Source: Nitrosomonas europaea (GTDB lineage Bacteria; Pseudomonadota; Gammaproteobacteria; Burkholderiales; Nitrosomonadaceae). Taken from it: a DNA stretch of 32,000 nucleotides. A program made the position numbers and the translations under genes. Positions within the stretch are counted from its first letter, which is position 1. Each line of letters begins with the position of its first letter. The stretch lies in contig NZ_FUWK01000007.1 of assembly GCF_900167395.1 (NCBI RefSeq), forward strand, positions 41,554-73,553, written 5' to 3'. Shown here piece by piece: positions 26,337 to 32,000 of the stretch. The notes beneath the pieces are model-generated. The model saw nothing but the letters and a program-made list of their open reading frames with translations, ran no database searches and was not told the origin of the DNA.

Positions 26337-27554
26337 CTAACGTCTCAGAAATGGTTGAACTCTCAGTGCACCATCGAATGCATTCAACAGATTGATCGTC
26401 GGTTGAATTTGTCCGATGATCTGGTTCCAGCGTATTCCTTCGGCCCGGTCGACATAGATGACATCACGGGGTTGCAGTGGGAAACGGTCAGCCAGAAGCA
26501 GGGCATCAGGTGATTTTGCGTTCAGATGATAGATTTCCGGTTTACCCAGTCCTCCGCGGAAGACGAAGATTCTGGCAGGATCGGAGGTTTCCTGATCAAA
26601 GCCACCGGCTTCACTGAGTGCTTCAGTCAGTGTCATGCGTGCCTTATTCATTACCAGACTGCGTGACCGGCCGATAGCACCGCCAGCAACGAAATGATTG
26701 GTTTCTCCCAGTACGAAAACTTTGTTCAGTGAGCTGTCAGGCACATTCAGTACATCGCCGTGCCGGAGGAGAACATTTTGGGTAACATCTCCCCCTTCAT
26801 ACAGGCTAAGCAGGTTGATACTGTAGGTTTTGTCATCCCGGGTCAGGATGATATTGCGCAAATCCGCGTCAGAGTTTACGCCACCGGCATTGTTGATGGC
26901 CTCCAGTACCGTCAGGGGAATATCTCTGACCAGTTGAACGCCAGGTTGAGCAACTTCGCCTACTACGTAGACCCGCTGGCTGCGGTAGGACGCTACCCGC
27001 ACATCGAGTTGTACAAATTCGATGTATTTTGAAAGTCTCCTGGTCAGTTCCTCGCGAATGTCCTCGACTGTTCGCCCGGCAGCCTGCACGATGCCGACAT
27101 AAGGATAGAAAAATGTGCCATCTTCACCGACGACATTTCCGGCAGCCTCGGCAGAGCGGAATTCTCCGGCTGGGATGGTGAGTTCAGGATGATCCCAGAC
27201 AGTGATATTGAGAATATCTCTCGGCCCCACCCGGTATTGGGTATAGGGCTCATTTTTCATGGGAGTACCCTTGATGGCGCTGGAGCCGATACGATAATCG
27301 AAGTAGTGATTGGCAACGTTATCAGGGGCGAGGCTGAAGTTTTTGTAATTTTTCTCGAGCTCGATGATCAGTTCAGCATTGATCGTCTGAATGTTGAGCT
27401 TTTCCAGAATGGCTTCGTCATTTTCTCGTGTTGGCATTTCCACACTGGATTGACGCGAGAACGGGCTCATATGCTGGCCCGGTATTATGGTACAGGCTGC
27501 AAGCTGGCAAAATACCAGCAGAATAAGACCGAATCTGGTAAATGCGATGATCAT
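26337..27554 (-). CDS. wza: outer-membrane polysaccharide export lipoprotein (Wza/OPX family)
   Basis: Lipoprotein signal with lipobox LAAC when started at ATG 27554. It has a Poly_export-type motif YRVGPRDILNITVWDHPELT and SLBB-like repeats. The ORF-track TTG start at 27608 adds 18 aa before the signal peptide. Confidence 0.88.
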   Translation of the reverse strand: MIIAFTRFGLILLVFCQLAACTIIPGQHMSPFSRQSSVEMPTRENDEAILEKLNIQTINAELIIELEKNYKNFSLAPDNVANHYFDYRIGSSAIKGTPMKNEPYTQYRVGPRDILNITVWDHPELTIPAGEFRSAEAAGNVVGEDGTFFYPYVGIVQAAGRTVEDIREELTRRLSKYIEFVQLDVRVASYRSQRVYVVGEVAQPGVQLVRDIPLTVLEAINNAGGVNSDADLRNIILTRDDKTYSINLLSLYEGGDVTQNVLLRHGDVLNVPDSSLNKVFVLGETNHFVAGGAIGRSRSLVMNKARMTLTEALSEAGGFDQETSDPARIFVFRGGLGKPEIYHLNAKSPDALLLADRFPLQPRDVIYVDRAEGIRWNQIIGQIQPTINLLNAFDGALRVQPFLRR

Positions 27555-27653
27555 ACTTGGAGGGGTCTGCTGGCCTTGGTTAAGGTGCACATCAACTCTG
27601 GGAGTCAAAGTATTTACGGGGTCAGGTACGCATTTCAGATAAATGGCAAGCTT

Positions 27654-28094
27654 TCATAATTTCGTTGCCCACTGTGCTGCGCCTTGTTCAATGAGTATCA
27701 GCGAGCGTATGAATTCTGATGAGTCTTTCCGGTACGGGTCGCTGATATCGATTTTTTCCCATTCTCCGAGGCGGAATACTTTTCCTTTTGCACTGGGTGT
27801 ACGTGCTTCTATCGCAGCTTTTTGCCATGTTTCCATGACCAATATGAGATCGGCCCTGCGTATCATGTCGTCAGTCAATTGCCGGGCGCGATGGGTGGAA
27901 ATATCGAGTCCTTTTTCGGCCATCAGTCGGCAGGCTGTAGGATCAGCTTCATAGTCTATCAATGCGCCTAAACCGGCAGAACTGACGAAATGATCCGTTT
28001 TTCCCGCTTGCACCAGTGTATGTTTTAGAACCGCTTCTGCCATAGGGCTTCTACATATATTACCTACACAAACAATTAATATATTGCGGAACAA
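27654..28094 (-). CDS. wzb: low-molecular-weight protein-tyrosine phosphatase (Wzb type)
   Basis: N-terminal CX5R(S) P-loop VCVGNICRSP, a C-terminal DP motif (ISDPY) and a length of 146 aa. It lies upstream of wza-wzc. Confidence 0.9.
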   Translation of the reverse strand: MFRNILIVCVGNICRSPMAEAVLKHTLVQAGKTDHFVSSAGLGALIDYEADPTACRLMAEKGLDISTHRARQLTDDMIRRADLILVMETWQKAAIEARTPSAKGKVFRLGEWEKIDISDPYRKDSSEFIRSLILIEQGAAQWATKL

Positions 28095-28480
28095 CCCTGA
28101 TTTCCCATGTTAAGTCGAAACTATAAAATTTAGCAGGATCTTTCTCCGACCATGTCAAGTATGCATTATAGTATCAGAAATACAAAGCAGGTATGACGGT
28201 GTAATTGCTATGCCATTGAAAATATTATGATATGTTTTACCATCCTTTGATGGATTTGCATAGCCTTGAGAAGAGCCTGCTTTATTGTTTTATCCTTTGG
28301 TTGAATGCAGCGAATCCGGCAGTAATCTTGACTTTATATGCCCGTGGACTGCATTTGGTAGCATTTGGGACATAGCGGTAATATCCGGTATCAGCGCTGT
28401 TGCTATTGGCCGGAAGGCCGAGGTTTCGGTTGATTTTACCGGCGAGTTTTGTCCCAATGATTTTGTTTGGGAGTGATTGA

Positions 28481-29488
28481 TTGAAAGTACTTATTACCGG
28501 TTCAGCCGGCTTTATTGGATCTACACTGGCGCTGCGGCTGCTTGAGCGTGGTGACACCGTTATCGGTATCGATAACCATAACGATTATTATGATCCCAAA
28601 TTAAAGGAAGATCGCCTTGCCCGATTTGCTGATCACCCCGATTACACTCATTTGCGCCTGGATCTGGCGGATCGTGAAGGTATCAAAACCTGTTTTGAAA
28701 CTTACAAGCCGCAACGGGTGGTGAATCTGGCAGCCCAGGCCGGGGTGCGCTATTCCATTGAAAACCCGCTTGCCTATATCGACAGCAACATCGTTGGTTT
28801 TGCTCATATTCTCGAAGGTTGCCGCCATAACGATGTCGAGCACCTGGTGTATGCCAGCAGCTCCAGTGTCTATGGTGCCAACACGATGATGCCATTCTCG
28901 GTACATCACAACATCGATCATCCACTCAGTCTCTATGCAGCCAGCAAGAAATCGAACGAGCTGATGGCACATACCTACAGCCATTTATATAATCTGCCGA
29001 CTACCGGCTTGCGCTTTTTCACTGTCTATGGCCCCTGGGGACGCCCGGATATGGCGTTGTTCAAATTTACCAGAGCGATGCTGGCCGGAGAGAAAATTCC
29101 AGTCTTCAACTATGGCAAACATCGCAGAGATTTCACTTATGTCGATGACATTGTGGAAGGGGTCATTCGTGTGCTGGATCAGCCCGCTCGATCCAATCCA
29201 GCCTGGAGTGGAGCAAACCCGGATGCCGGCACCAGCCTGGCCCCCTGGCGTGTCTATAACATAGGTAACAACAGCCCGGTGGAGCTGATGGATTACATTG
29301 CTGCACTGGAAAAAGCGCTTGGCAAAAAAGCCGAGATGGAAATGCTGCCTTTGCAGCCCGGGGATGTACCGGATACTTATGCCGATGTTTCCGATCTCGT
29401 CGAACAATTTGATTACAAACCTGCTACTCCGGTTGAGCAAGGGATAGCCAACTTTGTGACGTGGTATCGCAATTACTTCAATCTGTAG
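28481..29488 (+). CDS. NAD-dependent nucleotide-sugar 4-epimerase (UDP-glucuronate 4-epimerase-like SDR)
   Basis: Rossmann motif [29 protein letters not shown] and the catalytic YAASK. The start is TTG, 7 nt after GGGAG. Confidence 0.85.
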   Translation: MKVLITGSAGFIGSTLALRLLERGDTVIGIDNHNDYYDPKLKEDRLARFADHPDYTHLRLDLADREGIKTCFETYKPQRVVNLAAQAGVRYSIENPLAYIDSNIVGFAHILEGCRHNDVEHLVYASSSSVYGANTMMPFSVHHNIDHPLSLYAASKKSNELMAHTYSHLYNLPTTGLRFFTVYGPWGRPDMALFKFTRAMLAGEKIPVFNYGKHRRDFTYVDDIVEGVIRVLDQPARSNPAWSGANPDAGTSLAPWRVYNIGNNSPVELMDYIAALEKALGKKAEMEMLPLQPGDVPDTYADVSDLVEQFDYKPATPVEQGIANFVTWYRNYFNL

Positions 29489-29496
29489 GAGACGAA

Positions 29497-30771
29497 ATGC
29501 AATTTCAGGACATCAGGCTTGCCGTTGTCGGGCTTGGCTATGTGGGCCTTCCACTGGCTGTCGAATTTGGCCGCAAGCGCTCTGTGGTCGGGTTCGATAT
29601 CAATCAGCGCCGCATTGATGAACTCAAAAACGGAAATGACTTTACGCTGGAAACCACCCGGGAGGAGCTGGCAGCAGCAAAGTACCTGACGTACACTACG
29701 AACATCGATGATCTGCGTGACTGCAATTGCTATATTGTTACTGTTCCCACACCGATTGACGAACACAAACGTCCTGATCTCACTCCACTTATCAAAGCTT
29801 CTGAAACGGTTGGCAAGGTATTGAAGAAAGGTGACATTGTCATCTATGAATCCACGGTTTACCCCGGCTGTACCGAGGAAGATTGTGTGCCGGTACTGGA
29901 ACGTGTATCCGGCCTGAAATTCAACCAGGACTTTTATTGTGGCTACAGTCCGGAGCGTATTAATCCTGGTGACAAGGAGCACCGCGTCACCACCATCAGG
30001 AAAGTGACATCCGGTTCCACTTCGGAAGTCGCTGATCTGGTGGACGAGTTGTATAACGAAATCATTACCGTCGGCACGCATAAAGCGGAAAGCATCAAGG
30101 TGGCTGAAGCTGCCAAAGTGATTGAAAACACCCAGCGTGATCTGAACATTGCCCTCATTAACGAACTGGCATTGATTTTCAACAAGATGGGAATTGATAC
30201 CGAGGCCGTACTCAAGGCGGCAGGCAGCAAATGGAATTTCCTGCCGTTCCGCCCCGGTCTGGTGGGTGGCCATTGCATCGGGGTTGATCCGTATTACCTG
30301 ACTCATAAAGCCCAGGCGATCGGCTATCACCCGGAAATCATCCTTGCCGGTCGGCGGCTGAATGACAGCATGGGGACTTACGTCGTTGCCCAGCTGGTCA
30401 AGGCCATGACCAAAAAACGTATTCAGGTGGAAGGTGCCCGGGTACTGGTCATGGGCCTCGCTTTCAAGGAGAACTGCCCGGATCTGCGCAACACCCGCAT
30501 CGTGGACATTGTGGCTGAACTCAAGGACTACAATTGTGTAGTAGATGTATACGATCCCTGGGTATCTCTCCAGGAAGCACAGCACGAATATGGCATTACA
30601 CCAATCGGAACTCCCAAGCCCGGCAGTTATGATGCCATCATTCTGGCTGTGGCACATCATCAATTCAAAGACATGGGTGCTTCTGCCATTCGCGCACTGG
30701 GTAAACCCGATGCCGTTCTGTATGACCTCAAGTATGTGCTTGACCCGCAGGGGGCAGATTTGAGGCTGTAA
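29497..30771 (+). CDS. nucleotide-sugar 6-dehydrogenase (UDP-glucose/GDP-mannose dehydrogenase family, TviB/WbpO/VipA-like)
   Basis: N-terminal [15 protein letters not shown] motif and a catalytic Cys context [11 protein letters not shown], about 424 aa. ATG 29497 is preceded by AGGAG. The ORF-track start at 29461 overlaps the epimerase gene. Confidence 0.87.
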   Translation: MQFQDIRLAVVGLGYVGLPLAVEFGRKRSVVGFDINQRRIDELKNGNDFTLETTREELAAAKYLTYTTNIDDLRDCNCYIVTVPTPIDEHKRPDLTPLIKASETVGKVLKKGDIVIYESTVYPGCTEEDCVPVLERVSGLKFNQDFYCGYSPERINPGDKEHRVTTIRKVTSGSTSEVADLVDELYNEIITVGTHKAESIKVAEAAKVIENTQRDLNIALINELALIFNKMGIDTEAVLKAAGSKWNFLPFRPGLVGGHCIGVDPYYLTHKAQAIGYHPEIILAGRRLNDSMGTYVVAQLVKAMTKKRIQVEGARVLVMGLAFKENCPDLRNTRIVDIVAELKDYNCVVDVYDPWVSLQEAQHEYGITPIGTPKPGSYDAIILAVAHHQFKDMGASAIRALGKPDAVLYDLKYVLDPQGADLRL

Positions 30772-30886
30772 GGGAACAATGCGACTCGTGCACTCATAGT
30801 AGTTGAGGGTGTGGCGTGCCCACTTCTCATATTTACTGAAATGTTTATCTCGATATGTATCCGGATCAAAATAAAAAGTTATCTCG

Positions 30887-31687
30887 GTGAAAAAGACAAA
30901 AGTAATCGAAAATTTTCTATCTCTTGCAATCTTGAAGGGATTTGATTTTATTGTTCCACTGATAACATTTCCATATTTGGTGCGAGTAATTGGTTTAGAA
31001 AAATTTGGATTGATAAGCTTTGCCAGTGCATTATCCGTGTATTTTGGCTCGCTAATTCAGTATGGTTTTGGGATTACAGCAGCACGGGATGTCGCCAGAT
31101 CCAGAGACAATATTAATGACCTGAATAAAGTATATTCTCGAACGTTTTCCACTAGCATAGTATTTTCACTGTTTGCACTCGTTACCTTTACACTTATTGT
31201 ATGTGCCGTGGGAAGGTTTAATCAGCACCTTTTTCTATATGAAGCCAGCATCGTAAGCGTTATTGTTCAATCTGTGTTTCCTGTCTGGTTATTCCAGGGC
31301 GTCGAACAGATGAGGTTCATAACCCACCTGAATTTAATAGCAAAGGCTATATTTTTAGGTGGACTCTTCCTCCTGATTAGAGAGGAATCAGATTATTTTC
31401 TGGTTCCCGTGCTTTATGCGGTGTCATCTGCTCTGAGTCTTATTTCCGCGTGGTGGATTGTGAAAAATAGAATAGGGGTGAGCTTTTCGTTTTCTTCAAC
31501 TCGTGTAATAAAGAAGGTTATTGTAGAAGGACGACATGCTTTTGTTACTCAGTTTGCTCCAAGTCTATATAACAACACCTCTATATTTTTATTGGGATTC
31601 TTCGGGAGCCCCTCTACGCTTGGCAGTTACTCGGCAGCCATCAAAGTAATAGATGCAGCCATGTCGCTAGGTCGAATCGACATTTAA
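30887..31687 (+). pseudogene. wzx: Wzx-type polysaccharide flippase (MOP superfamily), 3' part removed by IS insertion
   Basis: N-terminus is typical of Wzx (ILKGFDFIVPLITFPYLVRVIGLEKFGLISFA), with multiple hydrophobic segments. Only 266 codons are present against the 400+ usual for the family. The reading frame runs into the IS end and stops there. The start codon is GTG. The gene is visibly AT-rich compared with its neighbours. Confidence 0.75.
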
Positions 31688-32000
31688 AGCCATAAAGTTG
31701 CTGCAGCCAGATGTATGAAGGCGGAGAAGTAAATAGCTTTACGGTCATATCTGGTTGAAAGTCTGCGCCAATGCTTGAGTTTGTTGAATGTGCGCTCAAT
31801 GATATTTCTGCATTTATAGATTTCGCGATCATACGTTCTTCGTATTTTGCGGTTTGATCGCGGTGGGATGACAGGCACGGCCTTCATGGAGGCAATGGCG
31901 TCGAGAATATTATCGCTGTCGTAGCCTTTATCCGCCAGAACATGCGAGGGCCTGAACCCGCTGATCAGATCAAGAGCCTGCGTGCAATCATTGCGCTGTC
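31671..32000 (-). mobile_element. IS5-family insertion sequence, one end only; the inner boundary is approximate
   Basis: The transposase stop is at 31684. Wzx-like sequence ends around 31660-31672. A CTAG tetranucleotide at 31667-31670 may be the target site. The other end lies outside the window, so inverted repeats and the target duplication cannot be confirmed. Confidence 0.6.
31684..32000 (-). CDS. IS5-family DDE transposase, C-terminal part (gene continues beyond the window edge)
   Basis: The minus-strand frame is open from the window edge: ..HVLADKGYDSDNILDAIASMKAVPVIPPRSNRK..RNIIERTFNKLKHWRRLSTRYDRK..LWL. The DKGYDS and ERxFxxLKxxRRxxTRYD(K/R) blocks are characteristic of IS5-family transposases. 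Confidence 0.85.
   Translation of the reverse strand, partial: QRNDCTQALDLISGFRPSHVLADKGYDSDNILDAIASMKAVPVIPPRSNRKIRRTYDREIYKCRNIIERTFNKLKHWRRLSTRYDRKAIYFSAFIHLAAATLWL

Noticed and set aside
30772-30886. Minus-strand reading ..FYFDPDTYRDKHFSKYEKWARHTLNYYE.., which looked like a gene remnant between the dehydrogenase and wzx.
   Set aside because: It is simply the upstream open continuation of the 29473..30663 antisense shadow frame. It has no start, RBS or family motif.
1-32000. Scan for CRISPR arrays, tRNA/rRNA genes, riboswitches (yybP-ykoY before terC, preQ1 near queF, fluoride/guanidine-type before the small ORF) and toxin-antitoxin pairs.
   Set aside because: There are no regularly spaced direct repeats and no T-loop/cloverleaf candidates in intergenic regions. 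terC starts 5 nt after the previous gene, leaving no room for a riboswitch. The leaders examined do not match the consensus cores I know. Absence cannot be proven without covariance-model searches.

Overview
This 32-kb chromosomal window comes from a roughly 50% GC Gram-negative bacterium. Gene content and synteny (comF/bioBFHCD, smc-zipA, an IS5-family transposase) suggest a betaproteobacterium, possibly Nitrosomonas-like; that is inference only. All calls rest on motifs read from the translated ORFs, because no searches could be run.

Layout:
(1) 41-5417: comF, divergent from a tightly coupled biotin operon bioB-bioF-bioH-bioC-bioD. bioA is absent.
(2) 5455-9153: housekeeping genes, namely proline iminopeptidase, a patatin-like lipase, a TerC/YjbE membrane protein and a universal stress protein.
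(3) 9240-14771: a second-messenger island. It holds a class-II cyclic-nucleotide phosphodiesterase. Twelve nt downstream starts an orphan GAF + T2SSE_N + GspE/PilB-type ATPase. A GGDEF cyclase and an EAL(ELL)-HDOD gene broken by a +1 frameshift in a T8 run follow. This is the best candidate here for an uncharacterised system.
(4) 15054-15259: a 46-codon membrane-peptide gene that is not in the ORF track, with an AGGAGG RBS and its own terminator.
(5) 15357-22297: fumC, queF, smc, zipA and a small CDGSH protein.
(6) 22316-32000: a lower-GC Wzy-type exopolysaccharide locus. On the minus strand it has wzb-wza-wzc and a WecA-family priming transferase carrying an unusual C-terminal extension of about 170 aa. 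Divergent from these are a UDP-uronate 4-epimerase, a TviB/WbpO-type dehydrogenase and an AT-rich wzx flippase truncated by an IS5-family insertion that runs off the window.

No rRNA, tRNA or CRISPR array was seen.
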